64,000 nucleotides of DNA from Candidatus Latescibacterota bacterium. Lineage in GTDB: Bacteria > Latescibacterota > UBA2968 > GCA-2709665. The DNA lies in contig OZ241917.1 of NCBI GenBank assembly GCA_965203805.1, forward strand, positions 3,680,001 through 3,744,000, written 5' to 3'. Numbering within the stretch: the stretch's first letter is position 1; every line of letters begins with the position of its first letter. Below, piece by piece: positions 1 to 9,099 of this stretch. Both the position numbers and the translations under genes were made by a program. A model generated the notes under the pieces. The model was not told where the DNA came from. It made no database searches and worked only from the letters and a program-made list of their open reading frames with translations.

Positions 1-317
1 GGAACCTCTGATCAACCAGAGGGAATGAGCAAGTTGTAACTTATGGGTCGTTTCGGAGGCTGTTTATGTTGAGAGGGTCGTCATCTTTCGGGTTTGCACG
101 GGTGATTCCGGCCCCGGATGCGCTCGGTGCCGGCCATTTTGGCCGCCAGCGTCCGAATTGGAGGCACGGGTGCCTATGTAGTAGCCAGTTCCTGACGTGC
201 CATATGGAAGTTAGCCAAGGCAAACAAGGTGAACAGATGCGCCGTATTCTTCGCCAGACCGCGATACCTGACCTTTCGGTAGCCCCACAGGTGTTTGATG
301 ATCCCAAAGGGATGTTC

Positions 318-353
318 CCTGTCTGCGTGCGTGAGACAGCACGCACAGGCAGG
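318..353. repeat. 36-bp hairpin insertion CCTGTCTG-CGTGC-GTGAGACA-GCACG-CA-CAGGCAGG
   Basis: Precise removal restores the transposase motif RARVEHPF. No target duplication. Confidence 0.88.
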
Positions 354-889
354 GACCCGTGCGCGCGTGCGATTGCTCTTCTTGTTGAACGAAACATCCG
401 CGCAGTTGAGCCGCTTGCCCCGGCGGGCCTTGCGAAGCACTCGCCATTCCACGTCGTTGGCTTCGGCCCGTTCTTTTCGCGTCTGATCCGCATAGGCCTT
501 GTCGCCGTAGATGGTCTTTTCTTTTCCGTGCAGACAGGCATCCATCGCCTGCGAATCATGCACCGAAGCGGGGGTGGTCACCACACTGTGCACCCGTCCC
601 TTCACATCCGCGCCCACGTGCGCCTTCATGCCGAAATGCCACGTGTTGCCCTTCTTCGTGCTGGCCATTTCAGGATCCCGTTTCCGATCCTTGTTCTTCG
701 TCGAAGAAGGCGCGTGAATGATCGTGGCATCCACGATCGTGCCTTCGTTCACGATCAATCCCCGCCTGGACAAGTAGCGCTTCGTTTGCCGAAACAACGC
801 TTCCGTCAACCCATGGTGCTCCAGAAAGTGACGGAATTTGCAGATCGTCGTCTCATCAGGTACGCCGTTGATGTTCACACCCGCAAAGC

Positions 890-908
890 CCTGCCTGCAG
901 CAGGCAGG
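890..908. repeat. 19-bp hairpin insertion CCTGCCTGC-A-GCAGGCAGG
   Basis: Precise removal restores the reading frame and the motif ESMRRFAGVN..VPDETT. Confidence 0.9.
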
Positions 909-1018
909 GACGCATCGACTCCACGTCGTAGAGACTGTCTTCCATTCCCGGATCGCTCAATCCATACCATTGTTGCATAAAGTAGATACGCAGCATCACC
1001 TCCGCACCGATCGGACGA

Positions 1019-1045
1019 CCTGCCTGCGCCGACTCGGCAGGCAGG
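1019..1045. repeat. 27-bp hairpin insertion CCTGCCTG-CG-CCGA-C-TCGG-CAGGCAGG
   Basis: Precise removal restores GNGRRPIG, matching the IS5-type GNGRRP motif. Confidence 0.88.
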
Positions 1046-1390
1046 CGACCGTTGCCAGGTTTCGGATACTTCCTCTCAATCGATTTAAGCAGTATCTCCC
1101 ACGGCAACACCGCATCCATCTCTTTCAGAAAACGTTCCCTGCGCGTCTGCTTCTTCTTCGTCCTGTACGCCAGATCCGAAAAACTCATTTGTTTCATCCC
1201 TGGGCCCCTCGTTCTATGTCGATCCATCAGAAATCACAACACGACGGCTCACGCTCCAATTCTACGACTTTCTGCATGGCGTGCCAATAGGTAACTTAAT
1301 CAGAGCTTCCTTAAGATATGGAAGATATTGAGGGTCACGCTTGTTTGTCTTGACATCATGCTTAGGGTGATAATTTCGCGTGGATTCGGG

Positions 1391-1419
1391 TTGACAACGT
1401 CACTTCCGGGCCGTACGAT
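1391..1419 (+). promoter_or_regulatory. Sigma70-type promoter upstream of the HNH gene
   Basis: TTGACA-17 bp-TACGAT. Confidence 0.6.
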
Positions 1420-1539
1420 AACAACGGGTGTTGCGTTTTGCGACATGCGCAACGCCATGAATCGCCTCGATGGATTGCCGTGACTGTTACAAACCGACAG
1501 GAGGTCCGAAAGTCTCCCGTCAATCCGCATTGATCCACT

Positions 1540-2646
1540 ATGACCCAGCGATTACCATATTCAAATCAACTGGATATCGCAACACTGAGTAGATTGTTCA
1601 AGCATACGACCAATTCGTACAAGTATCTATTTTTTATGTCGTTGCTGACGATGTTAAAGGATAGGCATTTCCTGGTCGAGGATGGCATTGAGCTCAGCGA
1701 AATTGAGATCGAGATGCTGGTTACAGCGTGGTATCCACATGTTTTTTTTAAGTTGTCATTTGGCACGCAGGACCAGATCGCTCAGGTACTGAATTCTATC
1801 GAGTACATCGGGGATGACAAAGATTACCTGTCATCAACGGGGCGCAGGAAATTGCGGAAACATCTCTCCCACAATAGTAAGTCGTCGGATTACAAATTAA
1901 CGCGTTTCGTCCCGTTTCGAATACTACGCCCGTTTTTCTCCACGGAAACGAGAGGAATACCAGATCAAAGGGTGAACCGAGAGGTCTCCAGCCTTGCCGC
2001 CGAACATTTCCATGTACGACGCCCTCTTTTTCGCTTCGACAATTGTGAGAGAAGGATCTTTATGCATACGGATTGGGTTGCCTATTTGAAAGAACATCAG
2101 ACGATTCTCGAGGGGTGGGGGCTATGGCATTGGTCAGAATATATGCAGCGAAGGAATCCAGGTATTCCCGCTGTAACGCGAAAGTTGTTTCCCCCGGATC
2201 GGAGAGCGCCACTCTATGCACAGCGTAGGTTCTGGGATGCTGCGATTGATGAAACGAACATACGATGCATCTACACAGGGAAGAAGCTGGTTCACGGTTA
2301 TGAATTGGATCACTTCCTGCCGTGGAGATTCGTAGCCCACGATCAGTTGTGGAATCTCATACCCGTCGATTCCCGGGCGAACAGTTCCAAGAGCGACCAG
2401 ATTCCGTCAGAGATTTACATCGACCGCCTGGCTGAAATCCAGAGTGACGCGCTATCTATTGCAAGGGACAGCATGAGCGATGCGAAATGGAAGAGGGAAG
2501 TTGAACCCTATTCCACGGACCTTTATATTAAGGATGTTGAAACTCTGGATCGCGAGAAACTTAAGTCTGCATATTGCAGAACGTTGAGGCCGCTGATGTC
2601 AATTGCGGAACAACAGGGGTTCCAAAGCGGGTGGACTTACAAATGA
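1540..2646 (+). CDS. HNH endonuclease domain protein
   Basis: C-terminal CIYTG..LDHFLPW..DQLWNL..ANSSKSD HNH motif; N-terminal TNSYKY; lower GC than flanking genes. Confidence 0.85.
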   Translation: MTQRLPYSNQLDIATLSRLFKHTTNSYKYLFFMSLLTMLKDRHFLVEDGIELSEIEIEMLVTAWYPHVFFKLSFGTQDQIAQVLNSIEYIGDDKDYLSSTGRRKLRKHLSHNSKSSDYKLTRFVPFRILRPFFSTETRGIPDQRVNREVSSLAAEHFHVRRPLFRFDNCERRIFMHTDWVAYLKEHQTILEGWGLWHWSEYMQRRNPGIPAVTRKLFPPDRRAPLYAQRRFWDAAIDETNIRCIYTGKKLVHGYELDHFLPWRFVAHDQLWNLIPVDSRANSSKSDQIPSEIYIDRLAEIQSDALSIARDSMSDAKWKREVEPYSTDLYIKDVETLDREKLKSAYCRTLRPLMSIAEQQGFQSGWTYK

Positions 2647-2816
2647 GTTTTTTCCATCGTATAGTGAGAGTTCTTGATCGCATCATACCCTCACAGGTTA
2701 ACCGCACGGCCAGGACTCCCAATGCCGAGACCATTGATGCACTTCAGCAAACACGCGCTGGATCGGGTCTCAAGGAGTACGCTGACCTGGACGCGCTCAA
2801 GGCGGACCATGGTTGA
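2643..2816 (+). CDS. 57-aa peptide resembling the C-terminal part of RelB/DinJ-type antitoxins
   Basis: ATGA overlap with the HNH stop; TPNAETIDALQQTRAGSGLKEYADLDAL motif. Confidence 0.5.
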   Translation: MSFFHRIVRVLDRIIPSQVNRTARTPNAETIDALQQTRAGSGLKEYADLDALKADHG

Positions 2817-2900
2817 GATTTGTGCCTCTTTTCGCGTCGAATCGCCTTGAATAGCGCTTAAAGCACGCCGCAACGTTTGATTAATTCTGGACTTGCAAGA

Positions 2901-2936
2901 GAAGACTCCCGGAGGCCGAATCGCCGGGGGTTCTTT
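2901..2936. terminator. Probable bidirectional intrinsic terminator
   Basis: ACTCCCGG/CCGGGGGT stem with TCTTT tail, between convergent genes. Confidence 0.5.
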
Positions 2937-2986
2937 GTGTCGCGCGGTTTTCGGGGTGACTGGCGTACCGATCTCCTGGCGCCAGG

Positions 2987-5900
2987 TCAAAACGACGTGC
3001 CGAGGTGGAGGTGGGGAACGGCCCCTTTGGGTTCGGTGAAGCCGTATGCCGCGCCGATGCGGAAGCGGAACGGCACACAGAGCATGCCGACTGCGTACAC
3101 GACCTCGCCACCGGCGGCCAGGAGCGGCTGCGGCCTGGCTGCCTGGAAGTCATTTCGGCCCCACGCGTTGCCGGCGTCTGCGAAGAGCGTGAGAAACACT
3201 CGGTCAAGGTGCAACAGGTCCGTCCGAAAGGCGCGGTTCGCCAGGGTAGCCGGCAGGCGGAGTTCGAGCGACGCCGTCCAGGCCCGCCGTCCCAAGCGGG
3301 GCGTCCCTTCGTATCCCCGAACAGGAAACACACGCCGGCCCGAGCCGCCGATGCTGAAATGTCCCCTGCCGCTGCCCGGGCCGCGCGCGATGCCCGCGCT
3401 TGCCCGGAGCGCCAGCACCGGCGCCGCGAATCCGCCGCCGGGCAGCTTCATGTATGCCCTGACGTCGCCGGTTGTGTCGTCCAGCGACCGGTCATCCGAT
3501 GACGCCCGGTCCATGTCGATGCGTCGCCTGGCCAGGACGGAGAATGACGCGCCCGCCGCCTGCCCGATCTGAAACGCGTGGGACCGGGCGGTCGAGGCGC
3601 GGAAGCGGACCGCGACTTCGCCCAGCGTGCTCGCGGGGCTGTCGAATTGAGTCAGGTCCTTCGGGTTCAGCGCGGAATCCATCCCCTCCCGGTCTTCCCT
3701 CACAACGCCGCCGGAGAGCGTGAGTGAAAGGTTGCTCCACGCCCTGGGGCGCGCCATGGTCATCGACAGTGCCGCATAGCGTGTCCGCTCGAGAACAAAC
3801 GTGGTGTCGACCGGTGCGTCGCCGTTTTCTTTCCTCACCCTGACGCGTTCCTCGTCCCAGTTCTGCGACACGGTCAGGCCAAGCGCGGGATTGCCGAGCC
3901 CGGCATACCGGTACGCCAGAAAACCCGCCGCTCTACCGCCCGAATATCCTCCAGTCGGGAGAAAAGCGTGCGCAGTCAGGGCATACGTGTGTCGTCCCAC
4001 GAGGTCCACCCCGGAGGTAAAGGCGCCAACGGACGCGCCGAGGACCTTCGTCCGTGGCGTTGTCCCGCTCCCGGCGCCCGAGAAGGAAACCGACCCGATG
4101 GGTATCCAAAAGCGCGGCAGCAGGGTCTGCAGCGGCGACCAGGCGCGTATTTGACCGCCGGCAGGGGCCGGGGAGTCACTTGCGACGGCCGCGACCTCAC
4201 GAGCGGTTCTGCCCGCGGCGGTGTCTGTCGAATCGAGAGTGTGTTCAGGCGCCGGAGGGGCGTGGTCCGGATCGAACGGAATGCGTTCGACCTCCCATCC
4301 GTCCACGTGGTACCCGGAGATAAAGAGCCACTTCCCCGACGGGTCCACGCTCGGCATGGCGGCGCCCGTACGGACGTTCGTGAGCATGACCGGCGCCGCG
4401 GCCTTCGCACCGTCGAAACGCGCCGCGAGGATGTTCAGAATGCCGGTCCGGTCGGACGCCCACACCAGCCACCGCCCGTCGGGGCTCCACGCGGGTGCGA
4501 AGTCCAGCGCGCGGTCCCGGGTGACCTGGCTGACGAGGCCGCCGCGTTCGTTGAGGACGACAATGTCTTGATTCCCGTCCGCCCAGCGGGTCGCGGCAAT
4601 TCGCCGGCCGTCGGGTGAAACCGCGGGCAATGCCCAGTAGACGCCGTCTTCCGGGTGAACCAGTGTGTCGATAGCGCCGGTATTGATATTGACGCGGACA
4701 ATGCCGTTCGTCCCCTCTCCCTCGGCAACGGCGACCGCCCAATTCCCCGGTCCGGCCGACGGTGCGCTCAGACGGGCGCCGGTCGTCAATCGGTGCGCCG
4801 CGCCGTCCGGCGTCACCCGGTAGAGGTCTCTGAATCGCCGGTACCGCCCGGAGAATTCCAGCTGATCGACGACAATTTCGCCGTTCGGCGCGAACGTGAA
4901 CCGGCGTGCGCGGATCCGCGCGATTGTCGATTCGCCGCCGCCGCTCGGGCTCGCCGAAACGAGCCTGGTATCGGATCGGCCATCGGAGCGGATGTAGATC
5001 AGGGCCGATCCATCCGGCGACACCTTCGGATGGTCCGCATAGCGGGCGCCATCGGTGAGTCGTTCAGGTTCGGTGATCGCGCCGAATTTCGCGAGCCGGG
5101 CGTCCAGCCCCGCCGCCGAGTCCCGCCACGCATCCGCCCACGCGGCCCATTCGTCCGACAGGCTGACGCCGAAGGCGCTTCTTCCTGCCGCGTTCAGCCG
5201 ATAGGGTATCCACTGGTTCTCCACGGCCTCGACAAAAGCCGCCATCCGGTCCCGCCCGTGCTTCCGCAGGAGGTGTTCGAAGAACATCGGTCCGTACGTG
5301 TACGCGCGATTTCCGCCAGGCCATTGCGGCGAGGAACCTCCCGCCTGGCCGATGGACTCGAAACGGCCTTCCAGCGCTGCCGTCCGCAGCACCATGTCGT
5401 TAAAGGTTCCCAGTACGCGGCCTCTGCCCGTGAGCGCGGACTCATACCACGTCCCGATGCCCTCGATGACCCACCGTGGCGATGTCAGGGCAGGAAAACC
5501 GAAAATCGGCGCGGGAATCCTGCCGAGCAGCCACCGAAGGTTGTACCGGCCGGGCCGGTCCAGGTGAAAAACGTGGGTCAGTTCGTGCACGATCAGAAGT
5601 TGCTGCCAGTCGTCGAAGTAACCGAGCTGGAAACTGTCGACAGGCGGACGTGCGAACAGGACGATGCGGTTTGAAGGGAACGGGGTCGCGTACCCGTTGG
5701 AGACGTCGGTGTGATCGGTGAGGACGATGTCGATCGGTCCCTCCGGCCCATGGACGAAATGTTCGGACAGCCGCGCGTAGGCCCACTCCGCCTGCCCGGC
5801 CGCCCGGCGGGCAAGCGCCTCGAGATGTCCGGGGAACGTAACGCGGAAGTGTTCCGTATCGAGAGTGCGCCAGGGTTCGTCCGGCGGGACAGGCTGCGCC

Positions 5901-6001
5901 GCAACCCGCGCGGCGCAACAGGCGATGCACGCCAGCAGGAGCGGCAGCACCCGCCGGGCAGGGGACGCCGGACTGCGCGATGTGAAGAGAGAGGATTTCA
6001 A
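2987..6001 (-). CDS. Exported outer-membrane protein: gluzincin-like domain + TolB/PD40 propeller + BamA/TamA-like beta-barrel
   Basis: Signal peptide; HELTH and WVIEGIG..YES motifs; repeated P-x-(V/W)SPDG; C-terminal LHLGTSF. Confidence 0.75.
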   Translation of the reverse strand: MKSSLFTSRSPASPARRVLPLLLACIACCAARVAAQPVPPDEPWRTLDTEHFRVTFPGHLEALARRAAGQAEWAYARLSEHFVHGPEGPIDIVLTDHTDVSNGYATPFPSNRIVLFARPPVDSFQLGYFDDWQQLLIVHELTHVFHLDRPGRYNLRWLLGRIPAPIFGFPALTSPRWVIEGIGTWYESALTGRGRVLGTFNDMVLRTAALEGRFESIGQAGGSSPQWPGGNRAYTYGPMFFEHLLRKHGRDRMAAFVEAVENQWIPYRLNAAGRSAFGVSLSDEWAAWADAWRDSAAGLDARLAKFGAITEPERLTDGARYADHPKVSPDGSALIYIRSDGRSDTRLVSASPSGGGESTIARIRARRFTFAPNGEIVVDQLEFSGRYRRFRDLYRVTPDGAAHRLTTGARLSAPSAGPGNWAVAVAEGEGTNGIVRVNINTGAIDTLVHPEDGVYWALPAVSPDGRRIAATRWADGNQDIVVLNERGGLVSQVTRDRALDFAPAWSPDGRWLVWASDRTGILNILAARFDGAKAAAPVMLTNVRTGAAMPSVDPSGKWLFISGYHVDGWEVERIPFDPDHAPPAPEHTLDSTDTAAGRTAREVAAVASDSPAPAGGQIRAWSPLQTLLPRFWIPIGSVSFSGAGSGTTPRTKVLGASVGAFTSGVDLVGRHTYALTAHAFLPTGGYSGGRAAGFLAYRYAGLGNPALGLTVSQNWDEERVRVRKENGDAPVDTTFVLERTRYAALSMTMARPRAWSNLSLTLSGGVVREDREGMDSALNPKDLTQFDSPASTLGEVAVRFRASTARSHAFQIGQAAGASFSVLARRRIDMDRASSDDRSLDDTTGDVRAYMKLPGGGFAAPVLALRASAGIARGPGSGRGHFSIGGSGRRVFPVRGYEGTPRLGRRAWTASLELRLPATLANRAFRTDLLHLDRVFLTLFADAGNAWGRNDFQAARPQPLLAAGGEVVYAVGMLCVPFRFRIGAAYGFTEPKGAVPHLHLGTSF

Positions 6002-6002
6002 A

Positions 6003-7277
6003 TCAGTTACCGATATCCTGGTTTTCTGCCGCCGACGCCTCCTCCTCCGGCCTGGCGTCGTGGAGAGCGCCGAAACGTCTCAATCCCGGCACGCCGGCCG
6101 CGGCGCCGAGGACAACGAGGACCGTCCCGATGCCGCCGCTGACCACCGAGATAACCGGACCGAACCAGTGGGCGACAAGGCCCGATTCCAGGCCGCCGAG
6201 TTCATTGGAAGCGCCAATGAAGACGTAGTTTACGGCCAGCACGCGGCCGCGCATCCGGTTGGTCGTGAGCAACTGGACGAGCGTGTGCCGGACGACCATG
6301 CTGACGTTGTCGAAGGCGCCGGTGAGGAACAGCATCGCCAGAGAGAGCCAGAACGATTGGGAAAAGCCGAAGACGATGGTTGCCGCGCCAAATCCGGCCA
6401 CGGCCAGCAGGAGGTTTCGGCCCGCGCGCCGCATGGGAGGCAGGTAGGCCAGGAGGATGGCCATGCAAAAGGCGCCGACACCGGGGGCGGCGCGAAGCCA
6501 GCCGAAGCCCTGGGGGCCGACGCGAAGGATATCCTCCGCATAGATCGGCAGCAGGTAGACCGCGCCGCCCAACAGCACGGCGAACATATCCAGCGCCATC
6601 AGGGAAAGGATCAGGCGGGTCCGCCAGACGTAGCGGATGCCCGCAAGCAGGGTTGTGAGCGAAGGGGCTTCCGCTCGTTCGGGCTCCGCGCGGAAGGCCA
6701 CCCGGGTCAGGAGCAGGACGAACACGAGGGTACTCGCCGCGCTGAGCGCGTACGCGGCGGGAACGCTGAACATCACGACAAAACCGCCCAGGGCCGGGCC
6801 GATCACCCAAGCCATCTGCATCAGGCTGGTGTTCCACGTAACGGCAATCGGAAAGATGTCTCTCGGTACGAGCAGGGGCACCAGGGCGGTCCTGGCGGGG
6901 CGGCCCAGACACGTCGCCGTCGCATCCAGCGCCAGCAACGCGTACATCAGGACGATCGGCCCCTTCCCGATGGAGAGCGCCAGGAGCGCCAGCGACGTCA
7001 GGGTCGTGCCCAGCATGCTGAAGATGACCACCCGGCGGCGGTCGAATCTGTCCGCCAGGTAGCCCGCGGGCAGGGCCAGGAGGATGGTGGGCAGGGCCTG
7101 CGCGAGCCCGACCAGGCCCAGGGAGAGCGCCTGGCCGGTGCGCTGGTAGATCTCCCATCCGATGGCGATGCTCTGGATCTGGTTCCCCACGATGGCGAAG
7201 AACCAGCCGAGAATGTAACGCCGGTAGTTGGCAATGCGGAAGGCCGCGTAGGGATCGTGCTTCCCGGATACAGAGAT
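6003..7277 (-). CDS. MFS transporter (DHA3/EntS-like)
   Basis: GYLADRFDRRR motif A and many TM segments. The frame stays open upstream of the track start (7190) through HDPYAAFRIANYRRY. Start is uncertain (ATC at 7277 after GGAG). Confidence 0.85.
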   Translation of the reverse strand: MSVSGKHDPYAAFRIANYRRYILGWFFAIVGNQIQSIAIGWEIYQRTGQALSLGLVGLAQALPTILLALPAGYLADRFDRRRVVIFSMLGTTLTSLALLALSIGKGPIVLMYALLALDATATCLGRPARTALVPLLVPRDIFPIAVTWNTSLMQMAWVIGPALGGFVVMFSVPAAYALSAASTLVFVLLLTRVAFRAEPERAEAPSLTTLLAGIRYVWRTRLILSLMALDMFAVLLGGAVYLLPIYAEDILRVGPQGFGWLRAAPGVGAFCMAILLAYLPPMRRAGRNLLLAVAGFGAATIVFGFSQSFWLSLAMLFLTGAFDNVSMVVRHTLVQLLTTNRMRGRVLAVNYVFIGASNELGGLESGLVAHWFGPVISVVSGGIGTVLVVLGAAAGVPGLRRFGALHDARPEEEASAAENQDIGN

Positions 7278-7280
7278 CGC

Positions 7281-8645
7281 CTATTTCTCCCGGCTCTTGA
7301 CAGCGTCGCGGATTTCGCGAATGCCGCCTTCCAGCCTGTCCAGGCGTTCGTTGGCGCTGTTCATCTCTTCCTGAATCTTCGCGACCATACCGGCCTGTTC
7401 TTCAAGTTCCTCTGCGTGTATGGCGTCTTCTTCCTTGACGAGAATACTCGTCAGTGTCGCCGTGAAGACGCCCACCAGGACCATTCCGGTAATCACCAGA
7501 AAAACGGTGAGAATTCTGCCGGTTGGCGTCTCGGGGTTGTGGATGTCGGCGTAACCGCCGGTGACAAGCGTTGTGAAGCTCCACCAGAGGCTTTCCCAGA
7601 ATCCGGAACCGGACTCCATGTGTTCCAGAAACATGAAGACGCATGCGCCGAAGACAAGCGACAGGAGGCCATAGAGCAGGGACCGTTTGAGAAGCCGGAC
7701 GTCCAGCGTGGTGCTGAGGTGGTCCATGCCCCGCCAGAAGAACAGTCCGATACGCATCAACCGCAGCGCCCGCAAAATCCGCACGGCCCGCAGGAGCCGG
7801 CCCAGACGTACGAAGCCGACGTCGCCCGAGGCGGCAATAACCTGCACCGGGGGAAGCGGAATGGACGTGATGAAGTCGATCCAGTTGTTCTTCCAGTACC
7901 ATGTCTTGGAAGCGGCAAGCTTGTGTTCGAAGACGAAGTTGGCCATGAAAATTGTGCAGCAAACCACGTCGATAATCCAGAAGATCCAAAGCGTGCCCAC
8001 AGAGAAGTGGGGGTGTACTTCCACAATCGGTTTCTTGTATTCTGCCCCGCCATCTACAATGTCCACCCCTGTCAGTTTTCCTCCGGTCACCTGCCCGGAA
8101 ACGAGTGCGCCGTTCCCGGCCGTATCCACGATGCGTATGTTCACCCGCTCGTATCCGGCGCCCGCCTTCGCGATCAGGATCTTGCTGATCTTGCCCTCTT
8201 TCACTTCCGCCGTTGCCGTCGCGCCGCCTCCGCTGGCGCCGATGCCGAGCAGGTCCACGACAAGAATCGAGATCAGGAATAGAATCAGAAAAAAGATCAC
8301 GATGTCCTTCACGTAAACGTTCCGGACGCTGCCCAATACGCTGGCTTGCCTGTCCATCAGATGTTTCTTCTGAAAGGCCTGTTCGATGACCCGGGCCTTT
8401 TCCTCCAGCCCCTGTCTTTCCTCGATCAACGTGGAAATCCGCGAATCCGCCGCGTCCAGGTCCAGTTCGTAGCGGCCGTGCTTCTTTTTCAGGGCCACCG
8501 CGTCCGCACTCCCGGCCATACGGTTGATCTTCTCTTCCTCCGAGGCCAACTCGCGGTCGATCTTCTCGATCTCCTCCGCGACCAGGTCTCTCATCCTCCT
8601 GATGCGGTCGAGGGAACACGATTCGATACGCTTCAGATTTGACAT
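7281..8645 (-). CDS. Voltage-gated-type ion channel (K+ channel fold)
   Basis: S4-like RLGRLLRAVRILRALRLMR; WIDFITSIP; pore SLWWSFTTLVTGGYADI.P.T..GR; N- and C-terminal coiled coils. Confidence 0.85.
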   Translation of the reverse strand: MSNLKRIESCSLDRIRRMRDLVAEEIEKIDRELASEEEKINRMAGSADAVALKKKHGRYELDLDAADSRISTLIEERQGLEEKARVIEQAFQKKHLMDRQASVLGSVRNVYVKDIVIFFLILFLISILVVDLLGIGASGGGATATAEVKEGKISKILIAKAGAGYERVNIRIVDTAGNGALVSGQVTGGKLTGVDIVDGGAEYKKPIVEVHPHFSVGTLWIFWIIDVVCCTIFMANFVFEHKLAASKTWYWKNNWIDFITSIPLPPVQVIAASGDVGFVRLGRLLRAVRILRALRLMRIGLFFWRGMDHLSTTLDVRLLKRSLLYGLLSLVFGACVFMFLEHMESGSGFWESLWWSFTTLVTGGYADIHNPETPTGRILTVFLVITGMVLVGVFTATLTSILVKEEDAIHAEELEEQAGMVAKIQEEMNSANERLDRLEGGIREIRDAVKSREK

Positions 8646-8692
8646 CGTTGTCCTTGCAAATTCAGGTTCAGGTTATGTCGGAAATGGATAAA

Positions 8693-8890
8693 TCAGGTGC
8701 CGGATGAACCTCTTCCTATGGATTCCTCGATGACTGCCAGGTGCTCATGCCAATCGGGCTCCCGCGCGGGCCCCTCCAACGCGTCGCATGCACGAAAGAA
8801 CGCCTTGAGATCCGCCTGTGACTCGAAGGGCCGGGACCGCTGCAAATCCTCGCTCCCCTGGCTGGCCGGAGTTTTCCGCGATATGCTCAT
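8693..8890 (-). CDS. Small protein resembling the C-terminal part of a putative antitoxin
   Basis: GAGGGG SD; DLKAFFRACDALEGPAREPDW.EHL.VIEES motif, recalled from antitoxin-like proteins and not verified. Confidence 0.4.
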   Translation of the reverse strand: MSISRKTPASQGSEDLQRSRPFESQADLKAFFRACDALEGPAREPDWHEHLAVIEESIGRGSSGT

Positions 8891-8934
8891 TATCTTCCCC
8901 CTCACTTCGCGTCCGGTAAACGATAGGGCCGTGC

Positions 8935-8998
8935 GTTATTGGCGATTGCGAAAACAAGAATGATTCTTATTAGCGAAATGGGTATGAATCGATAATAA
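8935..8998. repeat. 64-bp three-box repeat, copy A
   Basis: Gapless match to 13838-13901 and 28041-28104; TTATTAKCGA-like boxes. Confidence 0.8.
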
Positions 8999-9099
8999 CG
9001 TTGTAGGGTTCGCCGACTTTCGAATAGAGGCGATCATTGCCCAATGCAGTCTGGCGAAGTCGGCCGGCTGTGCGTTTCATTCGCTGCAGATTTCCGAGA

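Larger units (their letters stand above)
174..1197 (-). pseudogene. IS5-family DDE transposase, frameshifted by a 19-bp palindromic insertion and carrying two further in-frame insertions
   Basis: Motifs MKQMSF..KKKQTRRERFL, PDETTICKFRH, GTIVDATII, WHFGMKAH, YGDKAY, EHPF..K, VRYRGLAKN are split over ORFs 856..1227 and 174..878. Removing the three insertions (82 bp) gives one 313-aa ORF. Confidence 0.92.
1..1310 (-). mobile_element. IS5-family (IS5 subgroup) insertion sequence, inactivated
   Basis: Terminal inverted repeats GGAACCTCTGATCAAC (1-16) and revcomp GGAAGCTCTGATTAAG (1295-1310), 13/16 match. Followed by TTAA (1311-1314), a typical YTAR target. Encloses an IS5-type transposase. Confidence 0.9.

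Noticed and set aside
1350-1374. TTGACA followed by GATAAT
   Set aside because: The spacer is only 13 bp; the 1391-1419 promoter fits better.
5865-8282. 805-aa plus-strand ORF, and similar long ORFs such as 36530..38839, 39808..41550 and 47251..48705
   Set aside because: Antisense shadows of well-supported genes in GC-rich DNA, with no recognisable motifs.
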